DNA from: Candidatus Saccharimonadota bacterium
GTDB lineage: Bacteria > Patescibacteriota > Gracilibacteria > BD1-5 > UBA6164
NCBI GenBank assembly: GCA_965227835.1
Contig: OZ245768.1
Location: forward strand, 1,350,001-1,382,000
Direction: 5' to 3'
Length of the DNA stretch: 32,000 nt
Position numbers and translations under genes: made by a program. Positions 1-10,600 of the stretch are shown here, in pieces. Position 1 is the stretch's first letter; every line of letters starts with the position of its first letter. The notes beneath the pieces are model-generated. The model did not search any database. It was not told the origin of the DNA and worked only from the letters and a program-made list of their open reading frames with translations.

Positions 1-102
1 AGAATAGGCACCAATTCTGATTCTGATATTTTGTTTGAAACCCAACTGGAAAGCTTGGATCGTTTAGCGAAAAGAGCTTCTCAATTTAAGAAAGAAAGGT
101 GA
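1..102 (+). CDS. 3' end of an unidentified upstream gene (partial). It stops at TGA 100-102 under the standard code and would run on to TAA 130-132 under table 25.
   Basis: Frame 1 is open from the window edge for 33 codons (...LESLDRLAKRASQFKKER) and then hits TGA inside the AAAGGTGA ribosome-binding site of the next gene. No family recognised. Confidence 0.3.
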   Translation, partial: RIGTNSDSDILFETQLESLDRLAKRASQFKKER

Positions 103-107
103 AAATT

Positions 108-1316
108 ATGGAAACTAACCAAACAAAAGTAACAGCTAGAACTTCAAGTGAACTTGATAGTTTATTTGGAACATCAGATCCAAATCAGCTCCCTGAAGTC
201 ATTGAAGATACACCATCAAGTTTGACCCTAGTGAATCATAGTGAAATTAGTCCAGAAGCATCGCAAAGGGTAAGTGCTATAGTAGAGAACTTTAACTTAA
301 GTGATACCAACTTGGTACTTATGTATGGTTCTGAACCTCAGCGTAAACTATCAGTATTTCTTGATTCCTTACTTGAAGGAATAAAGGTCAAAGATGTAGA
401 TGTTGCTGGAGAGATGGTTTTACAAATGTCTGATGGCATTAATTTAATGCAGCTATCAAAAGTAAAAGCTTCAATAAACAGCAAAAAAACTAGTGGCTTT
501 ATGGTTGGTCTTATTAATTCAATTGGACTTGGTAAGAACTATATTAAAGCTTTCTACGAAAGCCAAAAATTGGTTACATCAAAAATGGATAAGATTGAGG
601 ATATGGCCCAAAATCAAATATCTATTATTGCTGAAAGAAACGAAAAACTAGATAGCTTGGTTGAACATTCTATACAGCAGGTTCTTGAACTTGAAGTGTT
701 TATACTTGCTGGAGAAGAAATTCTTGAGTTAGCTAAGCTACAGTATGCTGAAAAGGCCCAAGAAGTGAAAAAAAGTAGGAATCAGCTGGAAGCTTCAAAT
801 CTTCGTGATATGGGTAGACAGCTGGCAGCTTTTGATGTAAGGCTTCTTCGTCTGAAAGAAGCATATGTTGAAGCTGGCTCTGCAACTATTGAGCGAATTC
901 GACAAATTCAGGAAGCTGGCAAGATTGAGATTCAAGGTCTCAATGATGGTATACTATTCACTATTCCAAAAATCAAGAAAGCCATTTTGCAAGTAGCTGC
1001 TTTAAATGATATTAAAACAGCACAAGAAGCTCGTAAGAAAATGGATGAAATTGATGCTCAATTGGATGCAGAATTATCAGAATCTACAAATTCTATTCAT
1101 ACTGCAGCAAAAAAGTCTCAAGGTGATGCTTTGGATCGAGTTCGTAGGCTTGAAGGAGTCATCTCTAATATAGAAAAATCAATTCAAGATAGTATCAGAA
1201 TTGAGAAATCTACTCAAGAAATGCGAGAAGAAGCTGGTAAAACGTTAGTTGGTTTAAAAGACCGTATTACTGATACTCTAAGTGAAACTAACCTAAAAGC
1301 CGCAGGAGCTGTATAA
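108..1316 (+). CDS. telA: Toxic-anion-resistance protein, TelA/YaaN family
   Basis: Uninterrupted standard-code ORF (track 99..1316). ATG at 108 lies 6 nt after AAAGGTG. Length (~400 aa), the coiled-coil-rich layout and the N-terminal segment (MYGSEPQRKLSVFLDSLL...DVDVAGEMVLQM) resemble B. subtilis YaaN/TelA as I recall it. No in-frame TGA; TAA stop. Confidence 0.75.
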   Translation: METNQTKVTARTSSELDSLFGTSDPNQLPEVIEDTPSSLTLVNHSEISPEASQRVSAIVENFNLSDTNLVLMYGSEPQRKLSVFLDSLLEGIKVKDVDVAGEMVLQMSDGINLMQLSKVKASINSKKTSGFMVGLINSIGLGKNYIKAFYESQKLVTSKMDKIEDMAQNQISIIAERNEKLDSLVEHSIQQVLELEVFILAGEEILELAKLQYAEKAQEVKKSRNQLEASNLRDMGRQLAAFDVRLLRLKEAYVEAGSATIERIRQIQEAGKIEIQGLNDGILFTIPKIKKAILQVAALNDIKTAQEARKKMDEIDAQLDAELSESTNSIHTAAKKSQGDALDRVRRLEGVISNIEKSIQDSIRIEKSTQEMREEAGKTLVGLKDRITDTLSETNLKAAGAV

Positions 1317-1325
1317 CTCAATATA

Positions 1326-1354
1326 AGCCCTACATCTTATCTAGATGTAGGGCT
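1326..1354 (+). terminator. 12-bp GC-containing hairpin after the telA-like gene (no clear U-tract)
   Basis: AGCCCTACATCT (1326-1337) pairs perfectly with AGATGTAGGGCT (1343-1354) around a 5-nt loop. The downstream sequence is not T-rich, so this may be an attenuating or stabilising hairpin rather than a full terminator. Confidence 0.4.
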
Positions 1355-1391
1355 CATCAAAACTTTATTAAAATTCTTTTAGGAGAAAAAC

Positions 1392-2438
1392 ATGAAATTT
1401 AAAATCCTTAGTATAATTGCTTTATTGTTTTCATCCATAGCAATTCCAGTTCAAGCTGCCGAACAGTGCGATATAGCTTGGTCTAGATACACAGGATGGG
1501 AACCTTTAGGATATATTGAAGATTCAGGGATTGCCGATAGATGGGGAGAAAAAGAAGGTGTAAACCTAAGCTTCTCATATGTTGGTGAATACATAGAAAG
1601 TGTGAATCTTTATAATGCCGGAACCTATCAAGGTGTGGCCATTACAACTATGGATGCACTAACTATCCCTGCTGTTGGAGGAGTAGACACGACTGTGATA
1701 ATAATTGGAGACTTTTCTAATGGTAATGATGCTATTCTTATCAAAGATGAAGATAAATCAATTAACGATTTGAGAGACAAAGAAATAATTCTTGTAGAAC
1801 TTTCTGTAAGTCATTATTTACTTGCTCGCGCTCTTGGAAAAGTCGGTATGTCTGAAAGGGATATTAATTTGGTAAATACTTCAGATACAGCTATTCCTTC
1901 CTTAATTGCTACAGCAAATCAGGGAGATACTTTTGTTACATGGAATCCTATTGTAATGAAAGGTCTCCAGCAACCTGGCATTTCAAAAATATTTGACTCT
2001 TCTGAGATACCCGGTGAGATCATTGATACTATTGTAGTTAATACTGATGTAAGTGAAAATTGCAAAAGAGCAGTTGCAGGAGCTTGGTATGAAGCTATGG
2101 GTACTATGTCTAGTTCTGGAAATGACCATAACCAGATGATTTCATTTATGGCTGAACAGTCTGGTGGAACTGTGCCCGAATTCAAATCTCAACTGAAAAC
2201 TACCAGAATGTTTTATGACCCTGCTGAAGCTATAAGGTTTATTAGAAGTCCAGAACTTCAAAAAACTATGGAATTTGTGGCAAGATTCAGCTTTGATCAT
2301 GGAATTTATGGTGATGGTGCTCCTGATGAAAAATTTGTTGGAATACAATACCCATCAGGAGTTTGGGGAAATGAAGATTATGTCCGTCTCCGCTTTGATC
2401 CAACCTATATGGAACTTGCGGCAGAAGGTAAGCTCTAA
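1392..2438 (+). CDS. ABC transporter periplasmic/extracytoplasmic substrate-binding protein, NMT1/THI5-like (NitT/TauT family)
   Basis: Signal peptide MKFKILSIIALLFSSIAIPVQA|AE. The core (WSRYTGWEPLGY...MDALTIPAVGGVDTTVIIIGDFSNGNDAILIK) is typical of nitrate/sulfonate/taurine-type binding proteins. As I recall it, it resembles the subgroup annotated as urea-carboxylase-associated, but this is unverified. AGGAG sits 6 nt upstream of the ATG. No in-frame TGA; TAA stop. Confidence 0.7.
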   Translation: MKFKILSIIALLFSSIAIPVQAAEQCDIAWSRYTGWEPLGYIEDSGIADRWGEKEGVNLSFSYVGEYIESVNLYNAGTYQGVAITTMDALTIPAVGGVDTTVIIIGDFSNGNDAILIKDEDKSINDLRDKEIILVELSVSHYLLARALGKVGMSERDINLVNTSDTAIPSLIATANQGDTFVTWNPIVMKGLQQPGISKIFDSSEIPGEIIDTIVVNTDVSENCKRAVAGAWYEAMGTMSSSGNDHNQMISFMAEQSGGTVPEFKSQLKTTRMFYDPAEAIRFIRSPELQKTMEFVARFSFDHGIYGDGAPDEKFVGIQYPSGVWGNEDYVRLRFDPTYMELAAEGKL

Positions 2439-2454
2439 ATTTCCAATATTTTTA

Positions 2455-2484
2455 ATAGCTAGGAGGATTAATCCTCCTAGCTAT
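2455..2484. promoter_or_regulatory. Perfect 30-bp palindrome (intercistronic hairpin) between the binding-protein and permease genes
   Basis: ATAGCTAGGAGGATTAATCCTCCTAGCTAT equals its own reverse complement. It contains two SD-like AGGAGG/CCTCCT arms and lies just upstream of the real SD AAGGAGG (2494-2500). Confidence 0.7.
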
Positions 2485-2506
2485 AATTTTATAAAGGAGG
2501 TCCTAT

Positions 2507-3367
2507 ATGGCCAATTCTAATCTTTTTAAGAGGGGTAGCAATAACCCCTATATGAGGAATCAAATATTTGGGCTCCATGCTGAACCTTCAAAAACACTTA
2601 AAATAATACTTGGAGCAGTTTTATTTGTTGTACTTATATTAATTTATTCTCACTTTTCTGATGCTAGACTTGCTATAAACCCAAATGATAAGATACTACC
2701 AAGCTTTGGTCAGATTTGGGATGCTTTTTGGAGAATGGCTACCCAAGAAAACAAAAGAACAGGAGAAATACTTCTATGGTCGGATACAATTGCAAGTATG
2801 AAAAGGTTGCTAATAGCCGTATTTATTTCTGCTGTTGTAGGTTTATTGCTAGGTGTCAATATAGGTGCATTTAAAGCTCTGAAATACTCCACTTTACCTT
2901 TTATTACTACACTATCTATCATTCCACCTCTATCAATACTGCCAATTTTGTTTATTACTTTTGGTACAGGCGAGGCAGCAAAAATTATTCTTATTATTTT
3001 TGGTACTGTATTTTTGATAATTAGAGATATAACTTTGGCTACTGAAGCTATACCTAAAGAACAAATAACCAAAGCATTAACTATGGGAGCTTCACAATTA
3101 GGAGTGGTATATCGTGTATTACTTCCTCAAATTGTCCCAAAGCTATTAAATACTATAATGATATGTCTTGGTGGAGCTTGGCTTTTTTTAATAGCAGCAG
3201 AATCAATAGTTGCTACTGAAGGCTTGGGTTATAGAATATTTTTGGTTCGAAGATATCTGTCTATGGATATAATAATAGCATATGTTATGTGGATAACATT
3301 CATTGGCTTTGTTATGAATTATATTTTCCGTATAATTATCAAAAAATTCTATCCTTGGTATAAATAA
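2507..3367 (+). CDS. ABC transporter permease (NitT/TauT family, SsuC/TauC/NrtB-like)
   Basis: Multi-pass hydrophobic protein with the EAA-loop region (...ALTMGASQLGVVYRVLLPQIVPKL...). AAGGAGG sits 6 nt upstream. No in-frame TGA; TAA stop. Confidence 0.8.
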   Translation: MANSNLFKRGSNNPYMRNQIFGLHAEPSKTLKIILGAVLFVVLILIYSHFSDARLAINPNDKILPSFGQIWDAFWRMATQENKRTGEILLWSDTIASMKRLLIAVFISAVVGLLLGVNIGAFKALKYSTLPFITTLSIIPPLSILPILFITFGTGEAAKIILIIFGTVFLIIRDITLATEAIPKEQITKALTMGASQLGVVYRVLLPQIVPKLLNTIMICLGGAWLFLIAAESIVATEGLGYRIFLVRRYLSMDIIIAYVMWITFIGFVMNYIFRIIIKKFYPWYK

Positions 3368-3381
3368 ACTAGGAGGTAAAA

Positions 3382-4293
3382 ATGCAAGAACTTAGAGAAA
3401 CTAGCATAATTCATTTTCAAGGTGTATATCAGGGGTATGAAGGTGATCCTACTTACAATGACATAGAAGCTTCTGTGAAATCAGGGACGAAAATAATACT
3501 TGATAGAATAGATTTATCTATAAGACCTGGAGCTTTTGTGACTGTAGTTGGTCCCTCTGGCTGTGGTAAATCTACACTTCTACGTCTTGTGATTGGTCAA
3601 GAATCCCCTTTGGGAGGAGATCTTTTTTTTGAAAACTCCCCCATAAAAACCCCCAACTTAGATAGAGCTGTTGTTTATCAGAACTATTCTTTGTTTCCAA
3701 ACCTAACTGTTTTAGATAATGTAGTTTCATCTTTTAGACTTCAAGGAATACCATTTTTATGGTCCATAAAAAAAAGAGAATATATTGATGAAGCTATGTC
3801 TTTTTTAAAACGAGCTGGTATTGAAAATCATGCCAAAAAATATCCTCATGAGCTTTCTGGTGGACAGAAGCAAAGAGTTGCAATAGTGCAATCTCTTATT
3901 CAAAAACCAAAGGTTTTATGCATGGATGAACCTTTTTCTGCATTAGATCCCGGAACAAGGGAAGATATGCAGATGTTTCTTTTGGAATTATGGGAAGAGA
4001 TAGGTATAACTGTCTTATTCGTTACTCATGATTTAGAAGAAGCAGCTTACTTGGGAACAAGGTTAATAGCACTTTCACAATACTACAATCAGTCCGAGGA
4101 GAGAGACTATGGTGGTGCGAAGGTGGTATGTGATCATTCTTTGAACAATAGAGGATTAAGTCCTAGTGTGAAGAAAACTCCTGAGTTTGGTGAATTCTTA
4201 GAAAATGTTAGAAAAGAGGCTTTTGATCCAAGTTATTTACAGCATGTATCAGATTTCTCTTTGAATCATGAGAGATCCTTTCAAGCTTTATAG
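3382..4293 (+). CDS. ABC transporter ATP-binding protein (SsuB/TauB/NrtD-like)
   Basis: Walker A GPSGCGKST, Q-loop YQNYSLFP, signature LSGGQKQR, Walker B VLCMDEPFSALD, H-loop VTHD. AGGAGGT sits upstream. No in-frame TGA; TAG stop. Confidence 0.9.
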   Translation: MQELRETSIIHFQGVYQGYEGDPTYNDIEASVKSGTKIILDRIDLSIRPGAFVTVVGPSGCGKSTLLRLVIGQESPLGGDLFFENSPIKTPNLDRAVVYQNYSLFPNLTVLDNVVSSFRLQGIPFLWSIKKREYIDEAMSFLKRAGIENHAKKYPHELSGGQKQRVAIVQSLIQKPKVLCMDEPFSALDPGTREDMQMFLLELWEEIGITVLFVTHDLEEAAYLGTRLIALSQYYNQSEERDYGGAKVVCDHSLNNRGLSPSVKKTPEFGEFLENVRKEAFDPSYLQHVSDFSLNHERSFQAL

Positions 4294-4375
4294 ATATTAG
4301 ACACAAAACTTTTATTTCCAAAGGTTTTCTTTAATCTATAGCTTGAAGTTTACAAAACTAAAAAAAGGTTGATGA

Positions 4376-4432
4376 AAGCCCCCCTATTTAAATCCGATAA
4401 AATCGGATTTAAATAGGGGGGCTTGTTTTTTT
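4376..4432 (+). terminator. Very strong rho-independent terminator at the right edge of the TGA-free segment
   Basis: About 22-23 bp perfect stem (AGCCCCCCTATTTAAATCCGAT / ATCGGATTTAAATAGGGGGGCT) with a 3-nt loop, followed by TTGTTTTTTT. Confidence 0.85.
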
Positions 4433-4694
4433 GGAGGAAATTTAGAGTTTTAGTTTTTTTAATCTTTAAAACCAAAAATAATCTCAGTTATATTTAGCGA
4501 TAATTAACTCAAAACTAAACTTATTCAGAAATATATGGATTTTTCAAAAAACCTTCTTGCTTTTTGTTAAATTAATTTTAATATAAAAAAGTAAAAAATT
4601 TATAAACTTTGAATTTAAAAATTCATTCTTCTTTGTTGCAAAATTAATTTTTTGCTTTAGATTACAAAAAATATTATTTTAATCAAACTAAAAA

Positions 4695-6644
4695 ATGCAT
4701 ACAAAATACCAAGCAAATGCAAGAAAAATAAAAATAGCTATATTTTTCATCCTGTGCACTTTATTATTTAGCTCCTGTGTTAAAACCAAAGAGGAAGTTG
4801 AACAAATCTCAGAAAAACAAGATTTTTTTATACAAACAAAAAAGCTATCTTCTTTTACATGAAGCTATGAAATCAAAAAAACAGGAAAAATAAAACCAAG
4901 CCAAGAAATAATACTAACATCAAAAGTTTCTGGTAGAGTGTGAAGTATAAATTCAGACTTTTGACAAAATGTATATGCAGGACAAAATCTAGTTAATTTA
5001 GTAGATAATGTTTCAAATTATGGATTAAACTTAGAAAAATCTTCACTATCTCTTGAAAGCTCCAAACTTAGCTATGACCAAAATAAAATAAGTTTGGACA
5101 AACAAGTAGAAGATGCTGAGATAGCCTTAGCTAGAGAAAAAAAAGATCATGAAATATTAGAAAAGAAAATAAAAGAAGATATAGAACTAGCAAAAATAAA
5201 TTTAGATAATTCTCTTTCTTGAAATAATGATTCAGTATGATTCACATCAAAAGCTCAATTAGACTATGAAAATTTATTAAAAAGCAACCAAGAACAAATA
5301 AAGACTTTTGAATCTACCTCAAAAAATGATTATCTATCACTAAAAAACTCATTTGTAGATGTAATAGATTTTTCTGATGGAATACTTTGAATTACAAATT
5401 TAAATAAAAGTAGAAACGATAGCTTCGAAGATTATCTATGAGTAAAAGATTCTATTTTCTTAAAAGAAACAGAAAGAGAATTTATAGATCTTATGAAATT
5501 CAAAGAAGATACCTTTGATTCTATATGAAAAGATGATTTAAACATAGAAAATCTAGACTCTTTTTTCAATGTGGCAATTCAATCCTACACCAAAATAATA
5601 GCCTTTCTAGACTCTTTAGAGAAAGTGCTTGATAACTCTGTTGAAAATATTTACTTTACTAGAACAGAAATAGATAGCTATAAAACACAAACAAATTCCT
5701 ATCAAACAGAACTTCAATCAAAATACAATTCTCTTTTGTCTTTTAGATCAAGTGTTAGAGAATTTTTAAATACATATAGTGATGAAGAAGAAATACTTAG
5801 AAAAAGTTTAGAAATATCAGGAGATACTGCTAGAGTTAGTTACAATAAAACTGTGCTTGATTGACAAAAATCTATAAACGATAGTCTTTTATCATTAAAA
5901 ACTGCTGAACTTAATTTACAAAATGCAGAAAAAAATAGGGAAGTTGTCTTAAAACAACTTCAAAACTCTATAGACCTAGCAGAAAATTCTAGATCACTAT
6001 CATATAAAGAATATCAAAAACTATCAATATCTTCTCCTATAAATTGAGTTGTATCCGATATATTAGTTGATATTTGAGAAGATGTTACTCTTTGAACCCC
6101 ATTAATTAAGTTATCATCTCTTTGAACTAATGAGCTCGAAGTTTGATTTAGTTTCTCTGAAGTTGATTATATAAAACCATGAGATATAGTAAAAGTTGAT
6201 TATTTATGAAGTACTTTGAGCTGAACTATTAACTCTATTTCAAAAATAGCTGATGAAAATCTAAATTATAAATCAAGAATTAGTGTAGATTCTCCTGTAA
6301 GTATTTCTTGAAATATAGTTGATGTTTTTGTCCCAATAACCCTATCTAAAAGGTTGATAGAGCTAAAAGATGTCAAAGTTAAATCAAATTGACTTTGAGA
6401 AGTAAATGTACTTTGAGCATATTCTTCTTCAGATAATGAAAAACAAAGCCTAAATGTAGAAAAAGTATTATTAGAACTTTGAACATTTTATTGAGAAAAG
6501 GTAGAAATACTATCTTGTATAGATTTAAATGATGAAATTTGTTCTGATTTAGAAATAGTAATAAGTGATTTATCTAGGTTTGATGAAACTAAATTTAGTC
6601 TAAAGATGAAAAACAGTCCATTGGATGATAATTTGGAAAACTAA
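4695..6644 (+). CDS. Efflux membrane-fusion/periplasmic-adaptor protein (HlyD family), probable lipoprotein; table 25
   Basis: No TAA/TAG over 649 codons when TGA is sense (checked by hand); track ORF 5571..5864 is an in-frame fragment. The N-terminus AIFFILCTLLFSSC is lipobox-like. Two lipoyl half-motifs (ILTSKVSGRVGSI...AGQNLVNL and ISSPINGVVSDILVDIGEDVTLGTPLIKL) flank a long coiled coil. Confidence 0.75.
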
Positions 6645-6668
6645 ATATTACATAATTAAAAATAAAAT

Positions 6669-7505
6669 ATGATTAAACCAAGTAGTCGTAAAGATCTTTA
6701 TTCATTGGATAGTATTGTGAAGGCCTTTGAATCAATAAAAGAAGAAAAAGGTATAGACAAACTTTTAAATAAAGTAAAAAATCAAATATTTTGAAGTGAA
6801 ATTAAAGGAGAAGACTTAGAAGACTTCAAATGTTTTGTTAGGAAGTTTTATTCTCTTTATTACTTAATGAAAGATAAATTTTTTCATATATATAGAAAAA
6901 ATACTTGAGAAAGATACTTTGAACACCTAAGATGAGTTGTGCATAATGTATTAGAATTTTCAAACCCAAATATAGACAAGATATTAATTGCTTTAGCTCA
7001 CGATAGTATAGAGGATACAGATATAGATTTTGATTTTTTGAAAATATCAATTTGAGCAAAAAATTCTTTAGCCGTACAAGCGATAAGTAAACCTTCCTTT
7101 AAAAATTACAAATTTGTAGATTGAGCCGAAAATACAGACAAAGAAGCTAAAAAGCTTAGAAATGATGAATACTTCAAACATTTGAAGTCTTTTGAAGCTA
7201 TGAAAACTCATATTAAAAGTTTAGCCTTAGAAAAATCAGTAGAATTGTCAGATGAAGAAATTATAGAAATAACCCAAAATACATTTGATGTAAAATTTGC
7301 TGATAGAATACATAATCTATCTACACAATGGAATTCTAATGACTTGTATAATGTAAAAAGAAAGGTAGAAGAAACAAGAGAATTCTTTTTAGATATAGCA
7401 AAAGAGCTAAATAGTGATGTTTATGATAAACTTCAATCTCTTATTTTAGAACTTGAAATAAGAGTCCTTACAACTCAGAAAATGGCAGAAACATTATCTG
7501 CATAA
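6669..7505 (+). CDS. HD-domain protein, RelA/SpoT-type (p)ppGpp hydrolase-like; table 25
   Basis: The code-25 ORF includes track fragment 7182..7505. Motifs RYFEHLRGV, LAHDSIEDT and VKFADRIHNLST match the HD hydrolase domain signatures (HD..EDT; KLADRLHN). There is no synthetase domain (278 aa). Confidence 0.6.
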
Positions 7506-7571
7506 GTTTATGAAAATATTTCTAAAAGCTACATTTATTTAAAAAATCTTTACTTTTATACACATAACAAG

Positions 7572-7600
7572 TTTACACTTCTAACCATAATCTATAAAAT
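7572..7600 (+). promoter_or_regulatory. Candidate sigma70-like promoter for the RND gene (TTTACA-N17-TAAAAT)
   Basis: The hexamers were read directly. The -10 ends about 10 nt before ATG 7610, which implies a very short leader. AT-rich background makes chance matches likely. Confidence 0.3.
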
Positions 7601-7609
7601 ATAATAAAT

Positions 7610-10600
7610 ATGATAAAACAATGATTCTTTTATTTCTGGCTTAAAAACATAAAAACAAGTTTTTTACTTATAGCTCTTATAGTCTCCTCTTGAATCTTTT
7701 CTATTATTTCTATACCAAAAGAATCAAGTCCAGAAATAAAATTTTGAATAATAAATATAAATGTATCCTATCCATGAGTTAACCCTGTTGATATAGATAA
7801 TTTAATTACCGATGAAATAGAAAAGGAGATAGAAAACCTAGAAGGGATCAAAAATATAACATCAACTTCAAGTATTTGAAGTTCATCAATTACGGTGGAA
7901 CTAGATACTTGAGTTAATACTAGAAATTTATTAACAGACATAAAAGATAAAGTTGATAGTATCAATTTTCCTGAAGAAGCTGAGGACCCTATTGTAAGTG
8001 ATGTCAGCTCCAATAGCACATTACTTTATGAAGCCTTAATATATTGAGATGCTGATGCATTTGATGATTTTTCTTTGATGCAAAAAGCTAAATCTTTAGT
8101 TACAAAACTTGATGATACATCATGAATTTCAAGTATAGATATATGATGATTAGATGATACTTTGTGATCTACATCTTGATGATGAAGTAGTGATTATGAT
8201 ATAAAGGTGCTTCTTTCAAAATCAAAAGTAGAACTTTTGTGATTGTCTATAACAGATATATCAAACAAAATAAAATGATACAACAAAGATTTCCCTATAT
8301 GAAACTATAGAGTTTGAGATCTAAGTTATGATTTCAGGTTTGAATGAGAATTATCTTCATTAAATGATTTAAAAAATGTAGTAATCTCTGATAATGGAAC
8401 ATCAAAGATAAAATTATCAGATATAGCAGAATTCAAGTTGGAATATGATATAAACACCATAAAAAGGCTATGATTTTATTGAGTTTCATGACAAAATTAT
8501 ATTTCCTTAGTATTCAATAAAGCAGAGGATTCTAATGTATTTAAATCTTCTGGTTCATCCAAAAAAGTTTTAGAAAATATACTAAAAAATGATATAGAAT
8601 TTGAATGATTGAGTGTAAAATATTCGAAAGATATGGGAGAAACTATAATTGAAGATTATGAATCTCTCTGAAAAACAGCTCTTACAACTATAGTTTTAGT
8701 TTTCATCACTATACTCTTTTTTGTTGGTTTTAGAGAAGGTATAATAGCTTCTATTTTGGTTCCTTTGGCTTTTCTTATAACTTTTATAGTGCTTGACTAT
8801 ATGGGATCAACTATGAATTTTCTAACCAATTTTTCTCTTGTTCTAACTCTTTGAATCGCTATAGATACTGTTATAGTGATTGTGGAGTGAGCAAGTGAAA
8901 GAATGAAGTTAGGTTTTTCTAAAGAATCATCTATTATGCTTGCTATTAGAGATTTCAGATCACCTCTTATAAGCTGAACTTCTACTACTTTAGTAGCATT
9001 TCTTCCTATGATATTTCTACCATGAATAATTGGTAAATTTCTATCTTTTATCCCAATAACAGTTTTTATCACATTGATAGCAGCACTGTTTTTGTCTCTA
9101 AGTATCGCTTCAGCTTTATTTGTCACACTTCAAAAACCAAGTAAGACCTTTCATAGGGAAGAAAAAGTTGAGAAAAATATGAGAGAAGATGATTTAAAAA
9201 TACTTCAAAAAGATAGAGAATTTAAAATAGCTAAAGATGAACAATCTTTATCAATAAGGGAAAAAATATTACAAGGACTTTGAAAAATATATGAAAAAAC
9301 TCTAAACAAAGTATTTTCCAGACTTATTTATAAACTATCTTTTATTTTTATACCTATAATAGTTTTAGTATTAAGTCTTGTAACACTATCACCAAAAATA
9401 GGGTTTATACTTTTCCCTCAAACAGATGAATGAGTTATGAATATAGATATAAAATGAAAAACTGGTGTTTCAAAAGATTTTATGGAGCAATATATAGAAG
9501 ATATAGACAATATTCTTTCAAATATTCCAGAAATAAGAGTTTATTATACTACAGTTGAAGATAATACTATATCTGTTTATATAGATCTTTTTAAAAAAGC
9601 ACAAAGGGAAAAACAATGATTATTATCAGCCTATTCTTTAGAAACTAAGCTAGATGAACAATTTTCATATTTGAGATCTAATTGACTAGATCTTAGTGTA
9701 GCGGCTCAAAAAGGATGACCTCCTACAGGTTCAGCTGTATGAATAAAATTAGTTGCAGAAAATGCATCGGATTTTGATTCCTTAAAAAAGGTTTCTGAAG
9801 ATTTTGAGTTATTTTTAAAAGGTATAGCTTGAACAAAAAATGTGAATTCAAGTTCTAGTGATACACCATGACAATTTGTTTTTGAGTTTGATAAACAAAA
9901 ACTATCTAGTTTGTGATTAACACAAAGTGATATACTAAATGAGATATATTTTTATACCAATTGAATAAAATCATGATCTATAAAACAAGGTTCTCAAGAC
10001 AACGAAATAGTTGTATCTTTCAAAGAATTTGAAGATTTTTTAAACCCAGAAGATGTTTTAAATTTAGTGGTAAGCACTAGAGCTTGAAAAGTAAGACTTG
10101 GGGATTTTGTAGAATTTGATTTTAAAAAATCTGTTAGTAGTATATGAAGAATTGATTGAAAAGTAGTAATATCTATATGATCAGAGGTAAAGGAATGAGT
10201 TTTACCTACAGAAATTCAACCTAAACTTGAAGAATTTGCAGAAAGCTATAGCTATCCCCAAAACATATCTTTTATGAAATCTTGAGAAAGTGAAGAAAAC
10301 AAAGATTTGATAGTATCTACATTTAAATCTTTACTTATAGCAATGTTTTTGATATTCTCTATTTTAGTTTTTCAATTCAATAGCTTTATACAACCACTTA
10401 TAGTTTTATATTCAATAGTTCTGGCTCTTTTGGGTGTTAATATATGACTTTATGCAACTTGAAATCCTTATTCTATGCCTTTTGCAATTTGATTTATAGC
10501 CCTTACTTGAGTTGTTGTAAACGATGCAATCATATTGATAGATAGAATAAACAAGCAAATACAAAATAAGCTTAAAAATTCAAAAACCTCGGATATAAAT

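Noticed and set aside
1919-3072. Antisense or overlapping track ORFs 1919..2185(-), 2142..2348(-), 2275..2520(+) and 2710..3072(-)
   Set aside because: They are fully nested in, or overlap, the well-supported binding-protein and permease genes. They have low-complexity or odd composition and no start context.
1-4440. Assembly chimera as the sole explanation for the TGA-free segments
   Set aside because: This cannot be excluded for the left-edge segment, which has only one junction in the window. However, the GH19 segment has native recoded genes on both sides within one contiguous sequence, and the asparaginase shows an intermediate state. HGT is therefore favoured, and a read-mapping check is recommended.
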